Assembly (NCBI GenBank): GCA_050013255.1 | Contig: JBEKFP010000003.1 | Coordinates: 187,434 to 251,433, forward strand | Length of the DNA stretch: 64,000 nucleotides | Source of the DNA: Candidatus Bathyarchaeia archaeon | Lineage (GTDB): Archaea > Thermoproteota > Bathyarchaeia > 40CM-2-53-6 | Reading direction: 5' to 3' | Part shown: positions 55,719 to 63,862 of the stretch, in pieces | Position numbering within the stretch: the first letter of the stretch is position 1 | How the letters are laid out: each line of letters begins with the position of its first letter | The notes under the pieces: model-generated | What the model was told of the DNA's origin: nothing | The model's database searches: none | The model's input: only the letters and a program-made list of their open reading frames with translations | Program-made: the position numbers and the translations under genes

Positions 55719-56026
55719 TTCATCTTGTCTCCAGCTAATACACCAAGTCGCACTGGGTCGATTAGTGGTCTTTGAGTGGTCAGGTGTTGGTCAGACGGCT
55801 TCAGTTTCTTCTCTGCCGCGAGCAATCTCAGGACTTGGAGCAGACATGTTTTGCCTTGGCATGGGCCGGTGGAGAATCCTGTATACCTTTTGAGAACTTC
55901 GATGTCGTCGTAGCCTAGGCGTATGGCTTTCAGCACGTCCTCTTCCGTTAGATCTTCGCAGTAGCAGACGAATTTCTTTTCCATCATGATCCCTCTACCT
56001 TGATCGCCCTCGCTTCGAAGAGCCAA
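55706..56026 (-). CDS. BFD-like [2Fe-2S]-binding small subunit
   Basis: 106 aa. CYCEDLTEEDVLKAIRLGYDDIEVLKRYTGFSTGPCQGKTC. Confidence 0.7.
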   Translation of the reverse strand: MALRSEGDQGRGIMMEKKFVCYCEDLTEEDVLKAIRLGYDDIEVLKRYTGFSTGPCQGKTCLLQVLRLLAAEKKLKPSDQHLTTQRPLIDPVRLGVLAGDKMKCTS

Positions 56027-56490
56027 TCCTCCGGAACCTCTATTGTGACCAAAGCCGTGCCGTCGTTGCGTTCAGGAGGTAGGACTCGTGCCACTCTGCC
56101 TTTGCCAAGAACAGTCCCTTCGCGGTCGACAGTTCTCACTTGTGTTCCGACTTTCGGAATTGGCAGGAACTCGTACGGTAAGGTAACATACCCGACTCCA
56201 TTCGTAGCCCTCAGAAGAAAGACTGCTAAACCGGGGCACACCATGACGCAGGCCATGCAACCTGTGCATTTGTCATAATCGACTTTCGGTATGTCGTTGA
56301 CTGTTGCCATCTGTATGGCGCCAAGTTTGCAGGCGATGGCGCATGAATTGCATGGAATCTCCTCAATGCATTCTACCATTGCTACAGGCCGTTTATCCCT
56401 TAGCCGTTTTGCAGGAGGGACGGACCCCGAAGGCACCAGGTCTTCGAGCCTGATGATCCCGTCGCTAAGGTACTGTTGCTTTGACTCCAA
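55984..56490 (-). CDS. 4Fe-4S ferredoxin-domain subunit (gamma-like)
   Basis: 168 aa. CNSCAIAC and CTGCMACVMVCP motifs. Confidence 0.65.
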   Translation of the reverse strand: MESKQQYLSDGIIRLEDLVPSGSVPPAKRLRDKRPVAMVECIEEIPCNSCAIACKLGAIQMATVNDIPKVDYDKCTGCMACVMVCPGLAVFLLRATNGVGYVTLPYEFLPIPKVGTQVRTVDREGTVLGKGRVARVLPPERNDGTALVTIEVPEDWLFEARAIKVEGS

Positions 56491-58075
56491 TCCTCATATC
56501 CTCTGGTAACATGACATGCTCCAGTCCCCGGCGGATCTTTTCGCCGAAAGGCCCTGAACGTTCGTCGTTGAGCTGCTTGATCCAAGTCTCCAGTTTCTCT
56601 TCGTCGCTTGGAAGCCCATATCCCAAGGTGAGGGCCGCGTGGAGGCCAACGATCTGCCCTTCGAGCATTGCGGTCGTGGCTTCCTCGATTCCAGAAACGT
56701 CGCCGGCTACGTAGACTCCGTCGGCGACTTCCATGAATTTCGTTCTACGAGCCACGAATCCACCAAGCTCTGGCACGAATTGCAGTTGTGCACCTGCTTG
56801 GGACGCGTGCTCGTAGGTGGGCGTTAGTCCGACTGCGATGCAGATGAGATCACAGTCGACTTTCCGCTCGGTCCCCGGAATTGGGCTGAAAGAGTTGTCG
56901 ATCTTTGCCATGATAGCGCTCTGAACCTTGCCCCGCCCCAATGCCTTGATAACTGTGTGCGAGGTCAGGATTTCGACACCTTGACGCCGAACCTTGGCGG
57001 CGTGAACCAAGTATCCACCTATCCTGGGGAGAGCTTCCACGATGGCCACAACACTCACGCCAGCTTGGAGCAGCTGGTATGAGAGTATGAGGCCAACGTT
57101 CCCCGATCCAACAACAAGTGCCTTTGTGCCTGGCTTGATTCCGTAAGTGTTCATCAGCGTTTGGACACCGCCGGCTGCGTAAACTCCCGGAAGGTCATTG
57201 TTCTCGAAGACTAGTGTTCTCTCGTAAGCTCCAGTGGCAATGATGATCTTCTTACCGTGAATCTTCAGTAGGCGATTTTCTTGCGCAGCCGCGACAATGT
57301 GTCTATCGTAGATACCGAATACGTCAGAATCGAGAAAGGTTGTAACGTTCCGCAGTTCGCGAATCTGCTTTGTCAACGTTTCCGCGATCCGGATTCCCCT
57401 GACACCTGCGTAGTGTCGTGCGTCGCCGAAGAACCGGTGCGTCTGCTTGACAAGCTGCCCTCCAAGCATCCTCTTATCATCAATCAAGACCACATTCGGA
57501 CACCTCTTCCCAGCTTCGAGAGCGGCGGTTAAGCCGGCGGGGCCTCCTCCGATTATAACAACATCTGTTTCCATCGAGAGTTTCGAGTTATCCGCTTTGC
57601 TAGTCGACTCCTTTGCCGGGAGACTCCCTAATCCCACAAACTTGGTGAGGATCTTGAGGTAAGTTTGCCTTAGAAAGGCAGGGCGGATCAATTTTCTGTG
57701 GTAGAAGCCGGAGGCCAAGGAGAAGTAGAATCCCAACTTGTCCATGACAGACAGCAGGTCGTGGTCGGCGTTGGGGAAGCCGCTTTGCCGCGTGACGCGC
57801 ATTCCTTCCTTCACGTTAACCATGCAGGTCCGGACGTTTGGGACATTGTCGACGGTCATCATGCAGGCCGAACAACGCCCGATGGCGCAGAAGAAACCCC
57901 TAGGGCGGTGGTACTTCATGCTGCGACTAAATGTCCGTAATCCGTTTGCGTAGAGTGCGGCCGCAACTGTCTCTTTAGCGTAAGCCTCGATTGGTTTGCC
58001 TTCGAAATGGAATATGACTCTACTTTCGCGGTCGAACGTAAGCACAGGGTGTTGCGTTATCCTGCCGCCCTTCAA
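56465..58075 (-). CDS. FAD/NAD(P)-binding oxidoreductase large subunit (sarcosine oxidase alpha / proline dehydrogenase alpha-like) with an N-terminal 2Fe-2S-type region
   Basis: 536 aa. Cys pattern CAIGRCSAC...C, two dinucleotide folds (VVIIGGGPAGLTAA; LVVGSGNVGL). Confidence 0.8.
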   Translation of the reverse strand: MKGGRITQHPVLTFDRESRVIFHFEGKPIEAYAKETVAAALYANGLRTFSRSMKYHRPRGFFCAIGRCSACMMTVDNVPNVRTCMVNVKEGMRVTRQSGFPNADHDLLSVMDKLGFYFSLASGFYHRKLIRPAFLRQTYLKILTKFVGLGSLPAKESTSKADNSKLSMETDVVIIGGGPAGLTAALEAGKRCPNVVLIDDKRMLGGQLVKQTHRFFGDARHYAGVRGIRIAETLTKQIRELRNVTTFLDSDVFGIYDRHIVAAAQENRLLKIHGKKIIIATGAYERTLVFENNDLPGVYAAGGVQTLMNTYGIKPGTKALVVGSGNVGLILSYQLLQAGVSVVAIVEALPRIGGYLVHAAKVRRQGVEILTSHTVIKALGRGKVQSAIMAKIDNSFSPIPGTERKVDCDLICIAVGLTPTYEHASQAGAQLQFVPELGGFVARRTKFMEVADGVYVAGDVSGIEEATTAMLEGQIVGLHAALTLGYGLPSDEEKLETWIKQLNDERSGPFGEKIRRGLEHVMLPEDMRIGVKATVP

Positions 58076-58105
58076 GTTGACATACCCTATTCTGTTTTGG
58101 AATCG

Positions 58106-58432
58106 TCACCCGCTTACTGTCAGAAGGTGTTCTCGAATATCCAAGTCATCATACTCGACATCGATGGCTTTCTTTGGGCAGGCGCCGATGCATTGCCAGC
58201 AAAGGTAGCAGTCTGGTACATGGTACCTAATAGCTAGATTGACCGGCCTGTCTGAGGATAGGATGCGTTCAGAGAAGCTTTTGAGTGCTATACTGTTCTT
58301 CACAGAATTGTCTGTGGGCTTGCACCATCGCCCGTTGCTCGACAGTTCAAAGACCGAGCCAGGGCAACTGCTTATGCACGCACCATCGCCGTCACACCTG
58401 CTGTAGTCTAGAACCAGATAAGGCATTCTCAA
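58106..58432 (-). CDS. 4Fe-4S dicluster ferredoxin
   Basis: 108 aa. CDGDGACISSCP and CYLCWQCIGACP. Confidence 0.75.
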   Translation of the reverse strand: MRMPYLVLDYSRCDGDGACISSCPGSVFELSSNGRWCKPTDNSVKNSIALKSFSERILSSDRPVNLAIRYHVPDCYLCWQCIGACPKKAIDVEYDDLDIREHLLTVSG

Positions 58433-58675
58433 ACGAGCAAATTGAGGTTAAGATTTTCTCTTAAGATTATCGGACCGTGTACGTAGCCACGACTTGCCCG
58501 CACCTTGCGCCTTGTTGGCCTCTTCTGAACTTAAATCATCAGTCGAAGCGCCCATTAAATCATAATTTACGGCCCAGAAACCCACGCTCTTGCAAGACTG
58601 CATCTTAATTTGAACCCTCAGTAACCTATCACCCACTAGACCACTGTCCCACTAAAACCACACGAAAAACAAGGA

Positions 58676-58701
58676 CTAAACCAGGCTAGACTACGGCCGC
58701 A
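58676..58701 (-). repeat. Duplicate of the 5' end of tRNA-Gly (acceptor plus D-arm), not a functional tRNA
   Basis: CTAAACCAGGCTAGACTACGGCCGCA versus 53944-53969 CTAGACCAGGCTAGACTACGGCCGCA (25 of 26 match). Downstream of it the D-stem is broken and no matching 3' acceptor strand exists. A degenerate AATTTGAACC motif lies at 58607-58616. Confidence 0.8.
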
Positions 58702-58715
58702 AGCAGTTCACGAAA

Positions 58716-59057
58716 ATGCCTTCTCTGCAAATAAGGGTTCGCGGCTCGGATTGCGTATCGACTGGTTACCAGAATAGCGCTCAGGATCGTCAATGCCGTG
58801 TTGAATTACGGATACGGTTTTCAGCATACTCGCTTTCTACCGGTTGGGATCTGGTCGGCTTTAAACCGCAACCACTAGTCACAGACGAGACAGTGTGGGT
58901 CTATCTGTCAAGCATAGCCGGGCACTACCCGATGAACAGTGTCTGGGTCTACAACAACGAAAGCGCGGATTGGATTAGAATAGACTCATCAGACGTGCTC
59001 CGCCCCGGCCAGGCGATTTGGATCCTGGTAACCGCACCCGCCAAGCTGAAACCATGA
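58716..59057 (+). CDS. Hypothetical protein (possibly a fragment)
   Basis: 113-aa ORF. Only the C-terminal half looks protein-like (GWDLVGF...VWVYNNESADWIRIDSS). Confidence 0.25.
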   Translation: MPSLQIRVRGSDCVSTGYQNSAQDRQCRVELRIRFSAYSLSTGWDLVGFKPQPLVTDETVWVYLSSIAGHYPMNSVWVYNNESADWIRIDSSDVLRPGQAIWILVTAPAKLKP

Positions 59058-59187
59058 TCTTAGCGATTTCGGCGGCGGCAAGAGAGTTGGTCTGAAGTGT
59101 CCTCTATGTGAAGAGATTGTGATTGCCGAGACAAAACATTTTCTAAGAACAAAGGGGATTCACATCCACGAAGAATAGTGGTTAAGC

Positions 59188-59961
59188 TTGGACCTTTCGC
59201 TCGACCCTCGATGCTTAGACATGTATACCAGCAGTCTGCAACAAGCCCGATGTTTGAGCGAGGGTTGGGCAGAGAATAACCTCTACTGCCCAAGTTGTCT
59301 CCAACCAACGTTGTCACGAGAGAAGGCCAGTACGAAAGTCCTTGATTTTCGTTGCCCTCAATGCTACCAAACCTACAACATCAAGGCCAGCATGAAACCT
59401 TTCGCCGAGAGGGTTCGCGATGCCGAATACCACACATTCATGCAGGCTGTCGAAGAAAGAACAAATCCGAATCTTGTTCTGATGCACTATGACAAGCCAC
59501 GCCTTCGGGTCGTGGATTTGGAGGTTATCCCTCGATTCTTTTTTGTCCCATCATGCATCATTCCAAGCAAACCGACTAGGCCGAAATCAAGAGGGAAGCC
59601 ATGGCAGGGCTGTTACATCTCATTGGAATTGGTGCCGTATGATGGCCGTATTCGAATCATTGAAGATGAGCGAATCGAAGACCGCCAGATGGTCCACGAC
59701 AAGTATCTCAGCACTGCCAAGTTATTGCTGCGCAAGACCGTGGAGGGTCGAGGCTGGACGGCTGACGTTCTACGATGCGTGCGAGCCCTACGTAGGCAAG
59801 CCTTCACGTTAGAGGAATTCTGTCAAGCTTATCAGGAAGAATTGCAAAGCCTTCACCCAAAGAACAGATTCATAAGAGCCAAGATTCGTCAACAGCTACA
59901 GGTGCTACGCGACAATGCCATTATGCGATTCAGAGGGGGCGGCAATTATGAGTTGGTTTAG
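59188..59961 (+). CDS. DpnI-like methyl-directed restriction endonuclease (PD-(D/E)xK plus C-terminal winged helix)
   Basis: 257 aa. Pattern Y.S.SQ.AR.L.E.W...N.YCP.C......DF.CP.C...Y..K, and C-terminal IRQQLQVLRDNAIMRF.GGGNYELV, as in the DpnI family. The start may be the internal Met MYTSS. Confidence 0.55.
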   Translation: MDLSLDPRCLDMYTSSLQQARCLSEGWAENNLYCPSCLQPTLSREKASTKVLDFRCPQCYQTYNIKASMKPFAERVRDAEYHTFMQAVEERTNPNLVLMHYDKPRLRVVDLEVIPRFFFVPSCIIPSKPTRPKSRGKPWQGCYISLELVPYDGRIRIIEDERIEDRQMVHDKYLSTAKLLLRKTVEGRGWTADVLRCVRALRRQAFTLEEFCQAYQEELQSLHPKNRFIRAKIRQQLQVLRDNAIMRFRGGGNYELV

Positions 59962-60136
59962 TTTTTGCTTAGTAGTTGAAGAGGAACTTCGCGGGTAACA
60001 TCAAGCCTTTTGGCTTCTCCTTAGGGAGGCCTTGTCATTCATCGAGCCCTAAGACAAAGATCCGGACCTGTATGGCGCTTTTGAAATTGGATAAATACCT
60101 CCGAGCTTTCTCGAAGGTCAGGCTTGCGTGACTGGA

Positions 60137-60399
60137 GCATTTGCAGGGTGTATACACCCAATCATTGGGTGTTAAACACCTCCCTCCAGGGGGGGCACCA
60201 CCCGAACATCAGGTGCGTGGTATTGTGAGTGACCATTTGGAAAGCGTGTATAACACTCGAAATTCAGGTGTTATACACCTTGAGAGGGTGCATTGCACGT
60301 TACCTCTTGTGCCCAGCGACCATGTAGATGGTCCCCGTCGACTAACTACATGGTCAGGAGACGTGACGGCCGGGTGGCATCCACCCAATCATCGGGTGG
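60137..60399. promoter_or_regulatory. Cluster of overlapping dyad-symmetric GGTGT..ACACC / GGGTGG..CCACCC elements in a 525-bp intergenic region
   Basis: GGTGTATACACC 60137-60148; CACCCAATCATTGGGTG 60145-60161; GGTGTTAAACACC 60158-60170; GGTGTTATACACC 60267-60279; GTGCATTGCAC 60288-60298; GGGTGGCATCCACCC 60372-60386; CCACCCAATCATCGGGTGG 60381-60399. Confidence 0.4.
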
Positions 60400-60487
60400 A
60401 TTCCAGCTTGAGGCCCTAGTAGTGCTAGTTTCGTTGGGGAAATCATGCAGGATTCCTTTGAGTGATTGATGTGAGTCAGCATGTGTA

Positions 60488-61573
60488 TTACGGGAGTGCG
60501 CGCATAAGCAGTCTGACCCAGTTGCCGCCGAGGATGTTGTCGATGTCGGTTTGGGAAAAATCGGCGTCGCCGAGTGCTTCACCAATCTTCCGCAGGTCTG
60601 CCGCGGTGTCTAATTCGGCGGGAATGCTTTCGGCTCCAAACCCACCGTCAAAATCAGACCCAATTCCAACGTGAAGCTTATCGCCGGCTAAGTCGCACAC
60701 ATGGCGAATGTGTTTTACGACGTCTGCCAATGTGACTTTGGATTTTATTGCGCCAGTTTGCTTCCAGTCTGGCTGCAGGAATTTGTTGTACAGCACTGTC
60801 CCAATGACGCCTTCGCGTGCTATGAGGGCAGAAATCATTTCGTCGCTTAGCTGCCTGTCAGTTGGGACGATGGTACGGCAATTGGAGTGGCTGGCTATCA
60901 CGGGTCCATGGAATAGTTCCAGCGCCTCAAAGAAACTAGCCTCAGCCATATGCGACAAGTCTAAAATTAGGCCGGTTTTTTCCATCTCTTTCATCAATTC
61001 GCGGCCGAGTCCGGTAAGCGGTCCCGGCATTTGTGTGCCGCCCGCGTAGCGGGTTGCGCGCCAAGCTGGGCCGACGATTCGCACACCAGCTTCAAACCAT
61101 TCTCGGGCCTGTTTCGGAGTTACAATTGGGTCAGCTCCTTCCATAAGTAGAACCAAGCCAAGAAGTGAACTGTCCGGGTTCAGTACGCGGTCAATGTCGG
61201 TTCTTGAGCGAATCAGTGTGATACGTGGGTCTTTGGCGAGGGCGTTGTAGTATTCGAGTTGCTTTCTTGCCAAATCATAGGCTTGCTGGGGGGTTTCGTA
61301 GCATGGTTTGACCTTGGGTTCGGGCCTGTTGCAGGGCGCGGCCCACAGGGTTGCGAAAACTATTCGTACATCTGCTTGGAGGAGTTCGGGTAAACCAACG
61401 GTCGCGACTCCCTTGTCGCTGTCGGGCGGGGTTTCGAGCTTCCGTTTCTCGAGAGCTGAAAGCCTGAAATCACGTCCTTGCATAGCATTATCTGCTATGT
61501 CTTCATGTGCGTCAACTATGAACCTGAATGGCTTCTCACGATGAAAATCAGACCCCGCGCCGACCTTCTTCAT
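60488..61573 (-). CDS. Membrane (renal-type) dipeptidase, peptidase family M19
   Basis: 361 aa. VDAHEDIA, DLSHMAE, PVIASHSNCR, GIGSDFDG. Confidence 0.85.
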   Translation of the reverse strand: MKKVGAGSDFHREKPFRFIVDAHEDIADNAMQGRDFRLSALEKRKLETPPDSDKGVATVGLPELLQADVRIVFATLWAAPCNRPEPKVKPCYETPQQAYDLARKQLEYYNALAKDPRITLIRSRTDIDRVLNPDSSLLGLVLLMEGADPIVTPKQAREWFEAGVRIVGPAWRATRYAGGTQMPGPLTGLGRELMKEMEKTGLILDLSHMAEASFFEALELFHGPVIASHSNCRTIVPTDRQLSDEMISALIAREGVIGTVLYNKFLQPDWKQTGAIKSKVTLADVVKHIRHVCDLAGDKLHVGIGSDFDGGFGAESIPAELDTAADLRKIGEALGDADFSQTDIDNILGGNWVRLLMRALP

Positions 61574-61613
61574 TGTCCCTGTACCTTAGAGTTTAATGAC
61601 AATTTATGTCCCA

Positions 61614-62846
61614 TCATGACCGGGTGATCGGAATTTCCATAGCAAGAAGTTGCGTAAGCTCGTGAATTTGAAGATTTTCTAGATTCATTGTCTTGCTGAT
61701 TATTGCTTTCTCCTTCTCCTCACTCACTACCGATAACGCGTTAGTGTGGAATTTCGTCAGGACTTCTTCGTCACTCATTCGGTTCTTGGGATTTCCCTTC
61801 GGAAAATCAACTCTCTCTGTGAAGCGGCGTCCGTCCTTGCACGTTACCTCAACTATGGCGGTGGCCAGTTCCGGAAAGAGCTTTTCCAACTCCGGGTCAG
61901 CGACAACCTTGACCTTCCTGATGACGCTACGAATGCGGTCATCGTTCAGCTTAGTTTTGGTAAACTGGTCCAAGGTCACCGTCCCATCAACAATAGCGGC
62001 TGCTATACAGTAAGGTAGGCTGTGGTCGGCAGTCTCCTTGGAGGTAGGTGTGTACTTTGATGGGTCCGCTAGAATATCGACCGCTCGCGAGATTGTTCTA
62101 ACCACGACTCCCTCTACTTCCTCGGGCATGATGCTATGACGATCCAAGAGCGTTAGCGTGGCGGTGATTGGTGAATGTGTAAGCCCCTCAGTAGGAAATG
62201 GCTTCATTGAGCACTCCATAATCTTGAAACGCTCATGAGTTTTGGTCATCACGTCCATATCCCATCTCCCTCCTATCGTGTCGACTAGACCTTCTTTTCC
62301 TTCGAAGACTGCTTCTGGGCCTGTGAATCCCTTCTTCGCCATTAGGGCGGCCATGACTCCACTCTGAACTGCCAATGGGTCTGCTATGTTCTTGACCATT
62401 GACAGCTTACCAGCCGCCACTGCTCCGAGGGTGAAGTTGTGGCTGCCTGAGATTCCTATGGCATTACACATCTGGTCAACGTTAAGGTCGAGCATTTTTC
62501 CAGCAACGACGGGGGACACGAACTGAGTTAGCGACGCATGGTGCCACTTCCTTTCTCGAATTCCCGGAATTGCGGATTCACAGAGGCGCATTTCCAATTC
62601 ATATCCAATTATCATCGCCGCGATCAGATCTTTTCCCGACTTGTTTTCACGTTCACCAACTGAAAGCGCCGCTGGGATCAGGTCACTGGGATGGCTTGGA
62701 TCTTGCTTCCAGTAAATGTCGTTATAATCGAGGGCGCGAATGAGAAGGCTGTTAGCTAATGCGGCATTGTAACAGTTGGTCTTAGAGTCGCTTCCGATGA
62801 TTGTTGCCTCGGGAGTGCCTCCGAGTTCATCGAGCACCTTCACCAA
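61614..62846 (-). CDS. prpD: MmgE/PrpD-family protein (2-methylcitrate dehydratase-like); the conserved N-terminus extends upstream without a canonical start
   Basis: 410 aa from TTG at 62846. The same frame upstream to 62996 reads VTTVARKFAEFAVNLKYDEIPSETVREAKRFLLDSIGCALRG, a typical PrpD N-terminus. It has no ATG/GTG/TTG and is preceded by an in-frame TGA at 63000-63002. Confidence 0.8.
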   Translation of the reverse strand: MVKVLDELGGTPEATIIGSDSKTNCYNAALANSLLIRALDYNDIYWKQDPSHPSDLIPAALSVGERENKSGKDLIAAMIIGYELEMRLCESAIPGIRERKWHHASLTQFVSPVVAGKMLDLNVDQMCNAIGISGSHNFTLGAVAAGKLSMVKNIADPLAVQSGVMAALMAKKGFTGPEAVFEGKEGLVDTIGGRWDMDVMTKTHERFKIMECSMKPFPTEGLTHSPITATLTLLDRHSIMPEEVEGVVVRTISRAVDILADPSKYTPTSKETADHSLPYCIAAAIVDGTVTLDQFTKTKLNDDRIRSVIRKVKVVADPELEKLFPELATAIVEVTCKDGRRFTERVDFPKGNPKNRMSDEEVLTKFHTNALSVVSEEKEKAIISKTMNLENLQIHELTQLLAMEIPITRS

Positions 62847-63115
62847 GATTGCGAAGTCTTCGCTGAGACATCCGCGTAAGGCGCATCCTATAGAATCCAG
62901 TAGAAATCTCTTGGCCTCTCGGACTGTTTCCGATGGTATCTCATCGTACTTCAGGTTGACCGCGAACTCTGCGAACTTTCTTGCTACAGTCGTAACTATT
63001 CAGACTTCCCGGTCGCTTAGCTTAATGTCGGGACTCAAATATTGCATCCATGATTTGCGGAATCGATTATGACGACCTACTAATGCAGTCAATGCTCAGG
63101 TGCAGTCGCTGTGGC

Positions 63116-63667
63116 TTATTGAACAAGCTCAAATTCGGTGAAGTCTGCATGATGGAAGATTATTGCTTCGGGAGACCTCTTGAAACCAGCTGCCTCTTTT
63201 GAATGCACTGCGATTATGTGTAGTACGTCTTCTGGTATATCATGCTTTGATGCTAATGCGACACCGACAAACGGATGCCTCAAGTACTTACTTGATTTGC
63301 TGAATATGAAACGATCACCTTCCTTTGAATATTCATGCAGCTTCCCCACATCTGCAAGCAGGGCCCCCGCGATGAGCTTGTCACGACTCAGTTCAATGCG
63401 ATCTCCGTAGGCGTCTTTTAGCACATCGAGCATGGCGATACACATCCTGCATACTGTGCGTACGTGCGAGATAAAACTCGTCGACACTTTCTCGACAAGT
63501 AGGGTGAATGGCATCCTCTGAAGCGACGCGATGTCCCAGTTATTCTCTTTCATCGCATCGATCCAGACCTGAAGTGTCTTCTCTCTGAGAGCCCTGTCCT
63601 GAATCTCATTAAACTCTGGAATAATTCTAGTCAGTTCTTCTTTCGTCTTAAACACCGACTTGACCAC
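63116..63667 (-). CDS. HD-domain metal-dependent phosphohydrolase
   Basis: 183 aa. His...HD-type pattern (FISHVRTV..., LLADVGKL, HHADF). Confidence 0.7.
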   Translation of the reverse strand: MVKSVFKTKEELTRIIPEFNEIQDRALREKTLQVWIDAMKENNWDIASLQRMPFTLLVEKVSTSFISHVRTVCRMCIAMLDVLKDAYGDRIELSRDKLIAGALLADVGKLHEYSKEGDRFIFSKSSKYLRHPFVGVALASKHDIPEDVLHIIAVHSKEAAGFKRSPEAIIFHHADFTEFELVQ

Positions 63668-63862
63668 CCGGTAGAGGCCTGTTGAGTCTATTTTACTTTC
63701 AGCGGTGGGGCATAATCGGTTCTTGATTAGGATCCTGCTAGCGGGTCTTCGTCTGGTTCTAGGGTTATTGATACGCCCTTAGACTTTGAACTTAACCGTT
63801 GCATCTATTGTGCAAGCTCAAAGTCTGCAAATTCGTGCCATAGTGTGGCCAATTGAATCCAC

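Noticed and set aside
58590-58705. A second complete tRNA (possibly with a large intron or split) on the minus strand
   Set aside because: Only the first ~25 nt (acceptor 5' strand plus D-arm) match tRNA-Gly. The D-stem 3' strand is broken (TAGTCC). The T-loop-like GGGTTCAAATT has no pairing stem, and no CGGCCGC acceptor 3' strand is present.
60141-60419. 92-aa + ORF
   Set aside because: It is composed almost entirely of the palindromic GGTGT/ACACC repeats, so it is most likely non-coding.
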